From contig JBGAHS010000004.1 in NCBI GenBank assembly GCA_044226015.1, positions 704,001 through 768,000 of the forward strand: a stretch of DNA of 64,000 bases. Direction: 5' to 3'. Position numbers and translations under genes: made by a program. The first letter of the stretch is position 1. The number at the start of each line of letters is the position of its first letter. This document shows positions 30,073 to 40,648 of this stretch, in pieces. Origin of the DNA: Candidatus Obscuribacteraceae bacterium (lineage in GTDB: Bacteria > Cyanobacteriota > Vampirovibrionia > Obscuribacterales > Obscuribacteraceae). The notes beneath the pieces were generated by a model that worked only from the letters and a program-made list of their open reading frames with translations, was not told the DNA's origin and searched no databases.

Positions 30073-30151
30073 CCCAGTAACTGTTATAGTGAGCCAATAT
30101 TAGCATGCCGATTGTCAACACGGACAATAGGCGAAGAGAAGGAATGCCGAA

Positions 30152-31162
30152 GTGCCGCCAATCTTAGCCGATGTGGGTGTCCTAATTTTTGCTTTATTGA
30201 TCATTTTGGGAGCTGCCGAGCTCTTTACGAATGGTGTAGAGTGGCTTGGCCAGAAATTTCAGCTGAGCGAAGGCGTTGTTGGAAGCGTTTTAGCTGCTGT
30301 GGGAACTGCATTGCCAGAGACCCTGATTCCCATCGTCGCCGTAACTGGGCATAGTCAGGAATTTCATGATGTTGGCGTAGGTGCTATAGCCGGTGCGCCA
30401 TTCATGCTTTGCACACTCACGATGTGCGTCTGCGGCACTGCAATCTGGCTTTTCAGTAAATCTGGCATCAGAACTGCTGAGTTAAAAATCAACAAAGTAG
30501 TGCTCTCTCGTGATTTGACTTTCTTTCTCCTAGCCTATTCGTTAGGTTTGATTTCGACTCTGGCGGCAGATTTGCCGCAAATCAGGCAAGCTGTTGCATT
30601 TTGTCTCTTGCTCACCTACGTGGTCTACCTGCGCATGACTTTTGCCCATGAGGGCGAAGTTGGAGAAGAGCCAGAGTCCTTGCATTTTGAAGTACTTAAG
30701 ATGGGAAAAAGCATTGCAGTTATAGTCCTGCAGGTTCTAGTCGGGCTTGCTGGAATTTTGTGGGGCGCCAATGCTTTTGTGGATCGGATTCACTCTATTG
30801 CATCAATTATCGATGTGCCGTCAGTGATTTTGGCGATGATTATTGCGCCTGTAGCGACTGAACTTCCCGAAAAGTTCAACAGCGTTATCTGGGTTCGCTC
30901 GCAGAAAGACACTTTAGCAATGGGTAACATAACCGGTGCATTGGTCTTTCAGAGCTGCTTTCCCGTAGCTTTTGGAGTTGCATTTACTCAGTGGCATCTT
31001 GGCGTTGGTACTATACTCAGTGGCATAGTGGCGCTGAGCTCTGCCTTTGTAATTTTGTTATTGATCAGGAAGGATGCATTGAAGTTTCATCATATGATGC
31101 TGGCAGGCTTGCTTTATGCTGCAACTGTAGGCTATTTGCTTTACACCCATTTGACTGATTGA
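30152..31162 (+). CDS. Calcium/cation antiporter (CaCA family)
   Basis: Alpha-repeat motifs AVGTALPET and PVATELPEK...AMGNITG. Confidence 0.9.
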   Translation: MPPILADVGVLIFALLIILGAAELFTNGVEWLGQKFQLSEGVVGSVLAAVGTALPETLIPIVAVTGHSQEFHDVGVGAIAGAPFMLCTLTMCVCGTAIWLFSKSGIRTAELKINKVVLSRDLTFFLLAYSLGLISTLAADLPQIRQAVAFCLLLTYVVYLRMTFAHEGEVGEEPESLHFEVLKMGKSIAVIVLQVLVGLAGILWGANAFVDRIHSIASIIDVPSVILAMIIAPVATELPEKFNSVIWVRSQKDTLAMGNITGALVFQSCFPVAFGVAFTQWHLGVGTILSGIVALSSAFVILLLIRKDALKFHHMMLAGLLYAATVGYLLYTHLTD

Positions 31163-31168
31163 TGGAAT

Positions 31169-32497
31169 TTGATGATCGGAAGCCGCAAGAAGTTCGTATT
31201 TGGTTCTGCCGACAGTTTCTTTGTCGCTGGGACTTTTTCGCTTGTTTTGCTTCAGCCCACGTCCTCCGAAGCGAAGCCTGCGCTTGCCCCTCGTGCCAAT
31301 TTTGCAGTGAATGAAATTGGCACAAACAATGATGAAGACATGCTTGCGAATGTCTTCGCTTTCAGTCAAGTATCGATGCTTTCCGAGAGCAGCGGAGCTG
31401 TAGCCCACGCAGCAGGCACTGGAGAGCCTGCTGAGCAATCTGAATTGGGTACCGATTCAATCGAGACTATTGACCCAAACTCAATGATGGGAAATTCTGA
31501 CGCAGGCTCATCTTCTTCGAATGATGCCGAAGAGTTCGCTGTTACCCTTGACGATTTGTCTTATGCTACAAAACAAGCAAGCATAAAGCTCAAGCGACGC
31601 GAGTTCAAAGCTTGCATACAAGTCTGTGATCGGATTTTGAAGGTAGACGAAGACAATTACACTGCGATGGGGCTTAAGGGACGCGCCCTGGTGGCACTAA
31701 AGAAATACGAAGAAGCGGCAGAGATTCTGAACAAGGTTATTTCTGCCGATCTGGCAAAACATGCAGTGTATGGCGCTCATGCTATTGCGATGCTTCAACT
31801 AGAAAAATACCAGAATGCCATCGATGACTGCAGCAAAGCAATCGCTTTAAGTCCGAAGAATCAAGAGTATTTCATCGTTCGAGCGGTGGCGGAACACCGG
31901 CTCAAAGACATCAAGCATGCCATGGATGATATCAATAAAGGTATGAGTTTGGACCCGGAGGGTCCAAATTTACCGCTTTTCTTGCTTGCAAGGTCTGAGA
32001 TTTTACTAGAGTTGAACAGGGACGATGATTGCTTGAAAGACCTGAACAAGCTGGTCAAGCTTCGACCTCAGGATCCACAAAGTTATATGAGTCGGGCAAG
32101 TTTTTATGCAAAGAAAGCCGACTGGACAAAAGCAATTCACGACCTCGACAGTGTTATTGATTATGCTTTGATGGGACCGCTCAGCAATCAAGCCTTGATT
32201 TTGCGAGCTCAAGCACAGCGAAAGATTGATAATTTTGTCGAGGTCGAAACAGACTATTCGAGCCTTTTGGCTGGCTATCCTCGAGATGTTGATTACTTGT
32301 ATGGAAGAGCGGAAGCTCGATATAGGTTGCAGAAGTTTGAGAGGGCGTTGAAAGACATCAATGCCGCAATTGATGTAAATCAACTGCAGCCCCGCTTGTA
32401 CGAATTACGCGCATTGATTTATGAAGCACTGAATATGAAAGACAAGGCTGCTCAAGACCGGGAGAAAGCTAGTGCATTATCCACAAAGAATAGCTAA
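31169..32497 (+). CDS. Tetratricopeptide-repeat protein
   Basis: Repeated AIDDCSKAIALSP / ALKDINAAI-type TPR helices; start uncertain. Confidence 0.85.
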   Translation: MMIGSRKKFVFGSADSFFVAGTFSLVLLQPTSSEAKPALAPRANFAVNEIGTNNDEDMLANVFAFSQVSMLSESSGAVAHAAGTGEPAEQSELGTDSIETIDPNSMMGNSDAGSSSSNDAEEFAVTLDDLSYATKQASIKLKRREFKACIQVCDRILKVDEDNYTAMGLKGRALVALKKYEEAAEILNKVISADLAKHAVYGAHAIAMLQLEKYQNAIDDCSKAIALSPKNQEYFIVRAVAEHRLKDIKHAMDDINKGMSLDPEGPNLPLFLLARSEILLELNRDDDCLKDLNKLVKLRPQDPQSYMSRASFYAKKADWTKAIHDLDSVIDYALMGPLSNQALILRAQAQRKIDNFVEVETDYSSLLAGYPRDVDYLYGRAEARYRLQKFERALKDINAAIDVNQLQPRLYELRALIYEALNMKDKAAQDREKASALSTKNS

Positions 32498-32612
32498 GTT
32501 ATCCCCGTTTCAGTATTTAATCTTTTTCCTCGAATTTTAATCTGTTTTGATTGAACTTTTTGGGTCGATTTAGCGTTACTAGTTTAGTCAGGAATGATCG
32601 TAAGGAGCCCTT

Positions 32613-33872
32613 TTGTCTGGTTTAGAGAAAAACTGTTTCTCTCGGGGCTCCTGCTTGAGGCGGCTCCTTTTCCTGGCTGTCGGATTATCGGCAGCTTCTG
32701 TCGTTGTAATTCCTACTTTGGCTGATGAACGAATGCCCTTAGCCGCGCCAGATTTCCGCAATCAAGCTAAGTCAGACGCTGTTGATTCAACGCAAGTGTC
32801 GAGTCTTCCACCGCTTCAGGGTCGTGTCGGTTCCTTTGAAATCCTCATAGACGAGCTACAGCGGCGATTTGGATTCAGATGCAGAGAAGATCAAAGAGGT
32901 GGGCTACATGTTGAGTCGGCTTCCGTTGATTCCGTCGCCTATCAGAGTGGTTTGCGTGACGGCGACTCCATAACTGATGCAACTCGTAAAGGCAATTCGT
33001 TTGAACTAACAATTGAGCGTAATGGACAGAGATCCATGATCATGCTCACTCCTAAGGCCGATGCCCAATCAGACAAATTCCAAATGCGAATTCAAAGACC
33101 TTCATTTCCGTTACAAGCAGAGAAGCAGCAGCACAACTACTCAAAGCCGCAGATGCCCAACTTTGATTTTGCAAAGAACCTAACCTTTAGTGCTTCAGTC
33201 ACAAAAAACGCAAAGGTACTGGCAAATTACAATCTTGAATTGATAGTGGATCGCTCAATGTCGATGCGTAAGCGAGACTGTCCTGGTGGAAGCTCTCGTT
33301 GGGGTTGGTGTGGCGAGCAAGCAGAAGAACTGGGCAAGCAACTTGCGGCTATCAACCATCAAGCTATTTCCATTACGACTTTTGCTGGTGATTATCTTGT
33401 GTATGAAAATCAATCACCACTGCAAATTTCAAATGTTTTTAGTAACAGTCAGCTGCAGTATGGAACACGCCTCGGTGAGCCTCTTGAGGAACGCATCGAC
33501 CGAGCTCTCCAAAAGAGCCGGCAGACGGGCAAGCCAGCTTTAATTGCAATTATCACTGATGGTGTTCCGGCTCCTCGATATGAACCACAACTTGTGGTTG
33601 ACGTATTGGTCGAAGCTACAAAGAAGTTGCGCAATCCACAGGAACTTAAAGTACTCTTCCTGCAAGTCGGGTCACAAGATCCGCGAGGGCAGTTCTTTCT
33701 CCATAATTTGGATCATCGACTGATTGAGGTTGGAGCCCGTTATGATATCGTGCAAACAGTCACATTTGATTACCTCGAACAAGTCGGACTCGGACAAGCT
33801 CTGGCTAATAGCGTTTCGTCCATTACTACAAAGACAGTACGGCAGAGTTCGACGTCGGGTTCTTTCAACTGA
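32613..33872 (+). CDS. Secreted PDZ plus vWA domain protein
   Basis: Signal ending TLA-D; PDZ SVAYQSGLRDGDSI; MIDAS DRSMS, YGTRL, IITDG. Confidence 0.8.
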   Translation: MSGLEKNCFSRGSCLRRLLFLAVGLSAASVVVIPTLADERMPLAAPDFRNQAKSDAVDSTQVSSLPPLQGRVGSFEILIDELQRRFGFRCREDQRGGLHVESASVDSVAYQSGLRDGDSITDATRKGNSFELTIERNGQRSMIMLTPKADAQSDKFQMRIQRPSFPLQAEKQQHNYSKPQMPNFDFAKNLTFSASVTKNAKVLANYNLELIVDRSMSMRKRDCPGGSSRWGWCGEQAEELGKQLAAINHQAISITTFAGDYLVYENQSPLQISNVFSNSQLQYGTRLGEPLEERIDRALQKSRQTGKPALIAIITDGVPAPRYEPQLVVDVLVEATKKLRNPQELKVLFLQVGSQDPRGQFFLHNLDHRLIEVGARYDIVQTVTFDYLEQVGLGQALANSVSSITTKTVRQSSTSGSFN

Positions 33873-33877
33873 AAAAA

Positions 33878-36448
33878 CTAATCGACCCCGCGCAATAGTT
33901 GGCTTAAGCTTATGTCCATGGTTTCAACTACGCCCCGTAAGTCGTACAACATGCTTACTCTATCAGAAACAAGATTTCGACTCTCTGGTAGCATAAGCCG
34001 TTTCGCTCCCAGAGCGCAGACTCGGTCTATCTGTCTCTTGTTTTCATAGTTTCCTGCCAGCAGTTTCGTTTCACCCCAGTAGTTGTGGAGTTCCTCTTTC
34101 CATGATTTTGCGTTGCTCTCATCGCTTACCCGAGTATTGAGATATTGCAAGACTTGGGGAGAAAATCCATTCAACGCTGGACTATTACGATTAAAACAAG
34201 CTGATAGCATGCTTGGCCGAGGAACTGAATCAAGTCGAGAAGCTAGCTTGTGTTCTAGCAAGCTCAAGGTTCCTAGTCCAATAGAATTGAACCCAGCAAT
34301 TATTTTGAGTCTATCTGAAGCCCGATGTGATGCATCGGAGGAAGATAGTCCAAGCGGTCCGTAAAGGATAGTTCCCAGAATATAGCCCTGAAAGAAGTTG
34401 AGATTATTTGTCAAAAGTATTGCTCGGTCTCTAGCTCTGCTAATGCGATTCAAGCACTGGTTTTCTCTTGCTATTTCAGTCTCTATATTTGCGGCGGTGC
34501 TTTTAACGTTTAGCGTTGATACCATCACTTTACGCAATAGCGATAGTTTGGTTTCAAGAGACTCAGAGCCCTTACTGTTCGAAACCATTCGACTGTCCTT
34601 CAAGTTGAGAAGGTCATTCTTAGCACCAATCAGGCTTGCAGTTCTGTCGACAGAGTTTCCTTCAGTTGTGCTTGTGGATGTGGACGACTCTGATTTGCGT
34701 TGCGTTGTTTCAGTCAGGAGTTCGGCCAGGTAGTTATTAAAGGACGAAATCTTCACTCGTAAGGACTGCAGCAATGCGATCCGATCGGTCACAATCTTTA
34801 TCGTATCGAATCTTGAACTAGCAAAGCCCGCTAGCCTTTTCTGGTTCGCAGCATTCTCTGGATTTAGCGATGAAACATGATTTCGTTTCCAAATCTCTAA
34901 CAATTGTTCTTTGTTCGTTTTGCCGCTGCTCTCACCTTTGGCATTCAAAAACTGCCTAACAAGAGAAGGCAATTTTTGTGTTGTATCGGTTTGGAGTCCA
35001 AAAAATTCTGCCAGCGAATTCTCTGGTATATCAATAGTTCTTTTCTCTCCCCTGCTGGCGTGGAGGGCGAATGTTGATATCGCCATTCCTGTTCCATTCG
35101 CACAGATAAAGACTTCATCTGCTGCTTTTGTATAAGTTTTTAGATCAAGAAAACCGCCGATTGCGTTGAGCGTACCTTTGTTGATAAAGTTAGCTTGAGT
35201 GACTCTTTGCGAGACTTTGTTGCGACGGCTATTCAATTCAGCCAGAACTACGTCAAATGAATAGTTTAGTTCGCTATTGATTTTGCCAACCGCAGATTGA
35301 ACGCTGAGCATTGCGCGTAACGTTTCTTCGAGTATTTCTAGCTCATCTTCTAGTGCAGTCATATTGTTTTTGCCTGAAAATTTTTCGACTCGTCCCACTT
35401 GGGCCTCAATGCCGAGCAAGCTACTTGCAAGTCGAGTGTTTGAGCTCGCCATTGGCAAGTTTGAGGCTTGCGCTTGGTCTTCAGGTAGTCGCCTTCGCTG
35501 GTCTTTCAAAACGTCGAGCAAGGCGAGGAGTTCTCGATCAAATGTGTTGAGAAACGTGTGCAGAGACCAGAGCAATACTATTCGCTTCTTGATCAATGAA
35601 GGCGTTCTTGCCTTAGCACTCTTCAATCCACAAAGGCTGTTCTCGTCTTCAAGGCTGGCTGCATAACGCTTTTTCCAGAGCCCATTCATTTCTTGCTTGC
35701 GGGAAATGGTACTGGCATTCCATGCCGGTTTGTCCATGTAGCACTTTGGTATTTCCGACAAGTGACGCAAGCTCACCGGCTCACCATCGAGGGTGTCATG
35801 AAAGACTTTGGGAACGCTAAATTTCCCGACCCTGCTATGTTTGTTGTAAAGCAAATTTGCTGCGGGCAAAGCAGCCGAGAGACCTGCTCCTATGGTCGTT
35901 AGTATGTATGATTGCTTGTCCTGGTGGTGTAGCTTTGAGCGCCCTTCAATCCCATAAAGAGTTCCGCTCTGTAGAAAATTGACAAAGTTGAATAGTTGAT
36001 TGGCCTCATCTACCTTGTCTTGCTGTCTCTGCCCGAGTTCATATGCATAAGCAAGTTCGAGGTCGATCTTGCTGCAGTCCGCACGATTTTCCAAATAACC
36101 CAACAAGACCTTCTCTAATACTCTCGTCCTGCATCGTAAAAGCTCGGTCCTTTGAATGTCATTGGATACATCTCTTTGCGCCAAAATGCTCTGAAATTCC
36201 TGCTCTACCCCCAAGATTTCTGCCGCTTGTGCTGCTTCGAAATACTTTTGTGCGTTTGCTTCTTCCGCCTTCGCTGCCTGAATACAGAGCATTGATATGA
36301 GCGAAGCTAGCAGAAATCGAACTGTCTGTCTTTGCCGTTTTTCTGGGAGCCAAAAAGACTCTGGACTCATTTCTTGTAATCCTGCATTAGCGCATGGTTG
36401 CCATGCAGAGAAGCTCTCACCTGGCGTATGAATGCGATAGCCTATCAT
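33878..36448 (-). CDS. Large exported hypothetical protein built of three ~260-aa helical repeats
   Basis: Recurring A.LLG, NF...G.L, W and R(I/V).(L/M)L..L...L..LL motifs three times; signal-like segment ending AKA-E; start uncertain. Confidence 0.75.
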   Translation of the reverse strand: MIGYRIHTPGESFSAWQPCANAGLQEMSPESFWLPEKRQRQTVRFLLASLISMLCIQAAKAEEANAQKYFEAAQAAEILGVEQEFQSILAQRDVSNDIQRTELLRCRTRVLEKVLLGYLENRADCSKIDLELAYAYELGQRQQDKVDEANQLFNFVNFLQSGTLYGIEGRSKLHHQDKQSYILTTIGAGLSAALPAANLLYNKHSRVGKFSVPKVFHDTLDGEPVSLRHLSEIPKCYMDKPAWNASTISRKQEMNGLWKKRYAASLEDENSLCGLKSAKARTPSLIKKRIVLLWSLHTFLNTFDRELLALLDVLKDQRRRLPEDQAQASNLPMASSNTRLASSLLGIEAQVGRVEKFSGKNNMTALEDELEILEETLRAMLSVQSAVGKINSELNYSFDVVLAELNSRRNKVSQRVTQANFINKGTLNAIGGFLDLKTYTKAADEVFICANGTGMAISTFALHASRGEKRTIDIPENSLAEFFGLQTDTTQKLPSLVRQFLNAKGESSGKTNKEQLLEIWKRNHVSSLNPENAANQKRLAGFASSRFDTIKIVTDRIALLQSLRVKISSFNNYLAELLTETTQRKSESSTSTSTTEGNSVDRTASLIGAKNDLLNLKDSRMVSNSKGSESLETKLSLLRKVMVSTLNVKSTAANIETEIARENQCLNRISRARDRAILLTNNLNFFQGYILGTILYGPLGLSSSDASHRASDRLKIIAGFNSIGLGTLSLLEHKLASRLDSVPRPSMLSACFNRNSPALNGFSPQVLQYLNTRVSDESNAKSWKEELHNYWGETKLLAGNYENKRQIDRVCALGAKRLMLPESRNLVSDRVSMLYDLRGVVETMDISLSQLLRGVD

Positions 36449-36613
36449 GAAATCATCGACGTTATCAATGTATACGTCTTTAGCAACCGCGCGCAGTTGT
36501 TTCGAGATCCTAAATCACTCGACTAAATCAATGTCGCTTTCTTGCTGTGAAAAATGCGCCACTGCTGGCGGTGACACAAAGGATCGGAACAAACGTTCGA
36601 AATCAAGTCACAA

Positions 36614-37012
36614 TTACTTCATGCAAGCGAAATGCTTCATCTCGCCTTCAATCCAGGCGAGGTCTTTATCGACATTTTGCAATTGGACTACCTGATAATC
36701 AAAATTTTTCTGGTGCTTGATTTTCAAATCCATAAGATAGGAACGCGAGGACAGCAGCTTCTGTCTATCTACCATGGAATAGTTTGCAGTTAGTGCTCTG
36801 TCTACCTGTTTCAGCCAGGAGTCTACTTGATTCAAATTGCGAATAGAGTCGGCTCTGTCGTCCATCAATCGCTGCTTTTTGCCAAGCAGATTGTGGTACG
36901 CCGCTTCGTAACTCAAAGGGATATTGTTATCAGCTAAAGCTGACAAAGGACAAACGAATGTCAAAACGACAAACAGTTTTATCACTGTGTTTTTATGCAT
37001 GTGCTCTTTCAC
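36614..37012 (-). CDS. Small secreted coiled-coil protein
   Basis: Signal ending ALA-D; heptad-rich mature region. Confidence 0.65.
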   Translation of the reverse strand: MKEHMHKNTVIKLFVVLTFVCPLSALADNNIPLSYEAAYHNLLGKKQRLMDDRADSIRNLNQVDSWLKQVDRALTANYSMVDRQKLLSSRSYLMDLKIKHQKNFDYQVVQLQNVDKDLAWIEGEMKHFACMK

Positions 37013-37142
37013 CAGGCGCGAAAAATCAATCGTGGCTCAAACGACTACAAATCCCCTGCTGCATGTCATAATGACTAAATAGATTTAAGATGTCAAGTGA
37101 GTGTAAATGAAGAATCTATCAAGCCTGGTAGAAATACGAACT

Positions 37143-37730
37143 CTAGTTTTTCATTTCACATATTTCTGGAATCAGCTCTAATAATTCGTTCGCTTGCAAT
37201 GCCGTTGCAAATTCTTTGTGCAGGCTTGCAAGAGCAGATGAATGAATGTCGTCCGCTGACCAGAGACGCCCATCCGGACCGGTTTTTTCGAAAGTGGCCG
37301 TAGCATCGGTGACTATGAATGCTCTAAATCCAAGGTTTCCTGCCATGCGTGTAGAGGTAGAAACACAGTGATCGGTTGTTAATCCACACAGTACCAAATC
37401 TGTAATATTGGCGGCGCGCAGCTTCTTTTCTAAATCAGTTCCAATGAAAGCACTGTTTACATTTTTCGTGATTATTTCTTCACCAGCAGTAGGCGCAACA
37501 ATGGCTTTTATCGCAGAACCAGGGCGGTCTGGGCGCAGAGGTGATTGCTCTTCAGTCGATAAATGCTGAACGTGAAACACAGGCATTTTTTGCTCGCGCC
37601 ACTTGTTGAGAATTTTTGATGCAACCTGTTCCGCATCCTTATTGTTTCGCTTTCCCCAATATGCGTCATCGAATCCATCTTGAATGTCTATCAGAATGAG
37701 AGCAGCATTTTTACTTAGTTTGGCTGACAT
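37143..37730 (-). CDS. Isochorismatase-like cysteine hydrolase
   Basis: ALILIDIQ, KNVNSAF.GTDL, GLTTDHCVSTSTR, DATATF; SD AAGGAG before ATG 37730. Confidence 0.92.
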   Translation of the reverse strand: MSAKLSKNAALILIDIQDGFDDAYWGKRNNKDAEQVASKILNKWREQKMPVFHVQHLSTEEQSPLRPDRPGSAIKAIVAPTAGEEIITKNVNSAFIGTDLEKKLRAANITDLVLCGLTTDHCVSTSTRMAGNLGFRAFIVTDATATFEKTGPDGRLWSADDIHSSALASLHKEFATALQANELLELIPEICEMKN

Positions 37731-39267
37731 TTGTGGTTTTGTCTCCTTGGAAGAATTCAGGGTACTTCGAAAGCAAATCTTTCTCACGCTCGTTTACATC
37801 TTCCATAAAAGGATGTTTTGGATAGAACGAGCGTGCAATGTCATAACAGTTCCATGCGAAAACGTGCTTGTATTCTTTCTCGAGGTAATCACCGAGATCA
37901 TGATAAACACCAGCGATAAAAGGATTGTGCTCAAGGACACTCACAAACGCTTTGATAGGGCTTTTCTCAAGCGATGTGCTTACTTCTCCTGAACCATTCT
38001 TGTACATGTTGATAATCAAATTCGCTCTGAAAATATCAATTAGATATGATTTGTCTGACTTGCTGCGGTCTACCATATCCAAAGAACCAAGGGCGAGAGT
38101 CGCTTCTTGCTCATTTTGTGGCTCACCAAGTCCTGCCAGCATTTTTCTGCACTCGGGATCTTCTGAGAGTTGGTCTTTGATTCCAGCCATTTGCGCGCCC
38201 AGATTCTCTCCAGTTTGCAAACCGTATTCTGTAATCGTGAGCATAGCATCGAAGTAATTCTTTTCTTCGACTGACTTCTTGTATCTCATTATGGTCAGTT
38301 CTTTCAAGTTTTCTGGAGGCTTCTTCAACTCAGCGATCTTGGAGTAAACTGGCAGCAACGGATCATCAGGCAAATAGATTTTTGTATACCCAACTGGCAT
38401 TTTTACAACGCTATTGCCAGGCGTGTATTTCTTTAGGGAGTATGTAGCGCGTTCTCTTGATACGGGGTCGTTTATCAGGTAATAAGTCAGCTTCTGTGGA
38501 GCTTTAGCAAGTTTCTCTATATCTAGTCTGATTGCAGGGTGAATCTTCATTTCGGCGATTAGCCAGCGACTCAATTGCCTGTAAGTCTCGGGAGAGAGTG
38601 GTGTCGCAGACGGTGTCAGGCTCGTGACTATATCCTTATTGTACAAGTATTGGATTTCCGAGCCCACTTTAGTTTTCACCGGAACATATCCCGACGTTAT
38701 GGCTTCCTTCCCACTGCTTTTTAGTACCAGCGAAAACATTGCTTCATTGAAGAATTTATCGAAAGTCGACGATTTTTGTGCTTTGAATGCTGAGCCGAGT
38801 AATTTGCCAAGAAACATTCTGTTAGCTGTTTCAGCCACGCGGAATGCGAGCTGACCCATGATAGGCGTTTCAGAGTAAGTCTTCTTCTCATGATTTATTT
38901 CAATGCACTTCCTGCTTTTGAAATTGAAAATTGTGCTGCCATTCTTATCATCAACTTGAACTGTGTCTGCACCAGTCGAGACGGTGATGGTGTCCCTCAG
39001 TGGTGGCTGCCAAACTGGTTGAGCATTCTTCGAAATGATATTGCCCATTTCACCTGGGTTAAATCCACTTTCAGAAAGAATACCCTTTGGTGCTGCCATT
39101 CCTTTTGACGGACTTTTGGCTATTTCGATTACTCTCTCGAAAACGTAGGTGTCAGCCTCTGCACTTGCCTGTGTCCACAGCCAGGCGGACAAGAGGCAGA
39201 GGACTGGCAAGCAAGCTCGGCCCGCTGAAAGCCTGAGCCGATATCCGCGCCATGATATAGGAAGCAC
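37711..39267 (-). CDS. Exported hypothetical protein with C-terminal TPR-like helices
   Basis: Signal ending ASAEA; NPFIAGVYHDLG..AWNCYDIAR. Confidence 0.65.
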   Translation of the reverse strand: MLPISWRGYRLRLSAGRACLPVLCLLSAWLWTQASAEADTYVFERVIEIAKSPSKGMAAPKGILSESGFNPGEMGNIISKNAQPVWQPPLRDTITVSTGADTVQVDDKNGSTIFNFKSRKCIEINHEKKTYSETPIMGQLAFRVAETANRMFLGKLLGSAFKAQKSSTFDKFFNEAMFSLVLKSSGKEAITSGYVPVKTKVGSEIQYLYNKDIVTSLTPSATPLSPETYRQLSRWLIAEMKIHPAIRLDIEKLAKAPQKLTYYLINDPVSRERATYSLKKYTPGNSVVKMPVGYTKIYLPDDPLLPVYSKIAELKKPPENLKELTIMRYKKSVEEKNYFDAMLTITEYGLQTGENLGAQMAGIKDQLSEDPECRKMLAGLGEPQNEQEATLALGSLDMVDRSKSDKSYLIDIFRANLIINMYKNGSGEVSTSLEKSPIKAFVSVLEHNPFIAGVYHDLGDYLEKEYKHVFAWNCYDIARSFYPKHPFMEDVNEREKDLLSKYPEFFQGDKTTNVSQTK

Positions 39268-39269
39268 TA

Positions 39270-40523
39270 CTAACGCAGCCCATCTTTGGGGCTATTTTCG
39301 GGTTCGTTTTCGCTGCTTGGTGTGTATGATGGGTCGACGGGATGCAGTGCTTGTTCGATTTCGTGTGCTGGCACTTCGTGTTCTAAGGCAGACTTTGTTT
39401 CTTCCGCTTTCGTCGCATCAAACCGTTTCTGCTCGGATGTGTTTTTTAATTCTGCTCGTTTTCGTTCTACAACTTTATGTTCTGAACTTCGGTTGATATG
39501 CAGCTTGCTCTTATTCTTGTGAGCACGCTCTTCCGGTAGTTCGCCGGTGTAGTAATAGTCCAAAACAAGTTTGATGCAAGCCGCTACAGGAATGGCTATG
39601 AGCATTCCTAGACCGCCTGCCAGCGTTTCGCCGCAGAGTACGGCGAAGATTACTGCAAGTGGATGCAGTTCGACTGCGTGTCCGATTACCTTAGGCACCA
39701 CAACATAGTCCTCGATCCATCTTGCAAGAGTGTAAAAGATTATGATTTCCAGAGCAGCATGTGGTCCGAATTGGGCGATACCAACTATAGTGGCAGTGGA
39801 TGTTGCAAGAATAGGACCTAAGACAGGTATGATTTCGAGGAAACCACTGAACACAGCTACCGGCAATGCGTACTTCATATGCAGGAAGAAATGTAGGAAG
39901 AGCCAGGCAACCGACGCCATGATGACGATCAACAAGATTTGCCCCTGCACATATTTGCTCAGCATCTTGTTCATTTGACCAAAGAGTTCAATAACACCCT
40001 CTCGTCTGGTCTCTGGCACATAGCGCAAGAAGAATCGACCAACCGATGCCGAATCGAGAGTAAAGTATATCGAGGAAACAACGCATACAAGAATTGAAAG
40101 TGCCAGGTGCGAAATTTCTCCAACGCCTTTCTGTAGTTCTTCTGGTCTTGTGACTGAATGAACGATGCCAGAAAGAGCTTGTTCTGTCAGTTGGTCTATG
40201 TCTCCTTGATATTTGACCATTCCAACCAACTGTTCTATGGCTTTGTGCACTAGCTCGCGCTGATTATCAGGGTTGCTCAATTCTTTCAGTTCGCTCATTG
40301 CTGAGGGACCCATTAAATAGATTGAGCCAGCCATTGCAGCCAAAAGTGAGAAGTACACAATAGCGGTCGCTATTCCAACTGGAATTCGAATGCGTTGCGC
40401 GAGGGCGTGCACCACAGGCAGTATCAAGTAGGCGAAAATGCCGCCGACAATTATCGGAGGAAACACATGTCTTACCTGGTAAATAAACCAGAGAATTACA
40501 AAAATCGCTATCCAACGGAACAT
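39270..40523 (-). CDS. AI-2E family transporter
   Basis: YVQGQ, LEIIPVLGP, PKVIGHAVELHP, GMLIAIPVAA. Confidence 0.92.
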   Translation of the reverse strand: MFRWIAIFVILWFIYQVRHVFPPIIVGGIFAYLILPVVHALAQRIRIPVGIATAIVYFSLLAAMAGSIYLMGPSAMSELKELSNPDNQRELVHKAIEQLVGMVKYQGDIDQLTEQALSGIVHSVTRPEELQKGVGEISHLALSILVCVVSSIYFTLDSASVGRFFLRYVPETRREGVIELFGQMNKMLSKYVQGQILLIVIMASVAWLFLHFFLHMKYALPVAVFSGFLEIIPVLGPILATSTATIVGIAQFGPHAALEIIIFYTLARWIEDYVVVPKVIGHAVELHPLAVIFAVLCGETLAGGLGMLIAIPVAACIKLVLDYYYTGELPEERAHKNKSKLHINRSSEHKVVERKRAELKNTSEQKRFDATKAEETKSALEHEVPAHEIEQALHPVDPSYTPSSENEPENSPKDGLR

Positions 40524-40648
40524 GCTAAATCTCCGCTTTCTGGAACATACTTAACTCCGCTCTTCTGAAAGAATTTAAAGCAGGAATGAACCAATGCCAC
40601 AACGGCACAGAGTCAAAATCCTGCTCAAATAATTCCATAGTTGTCTTT

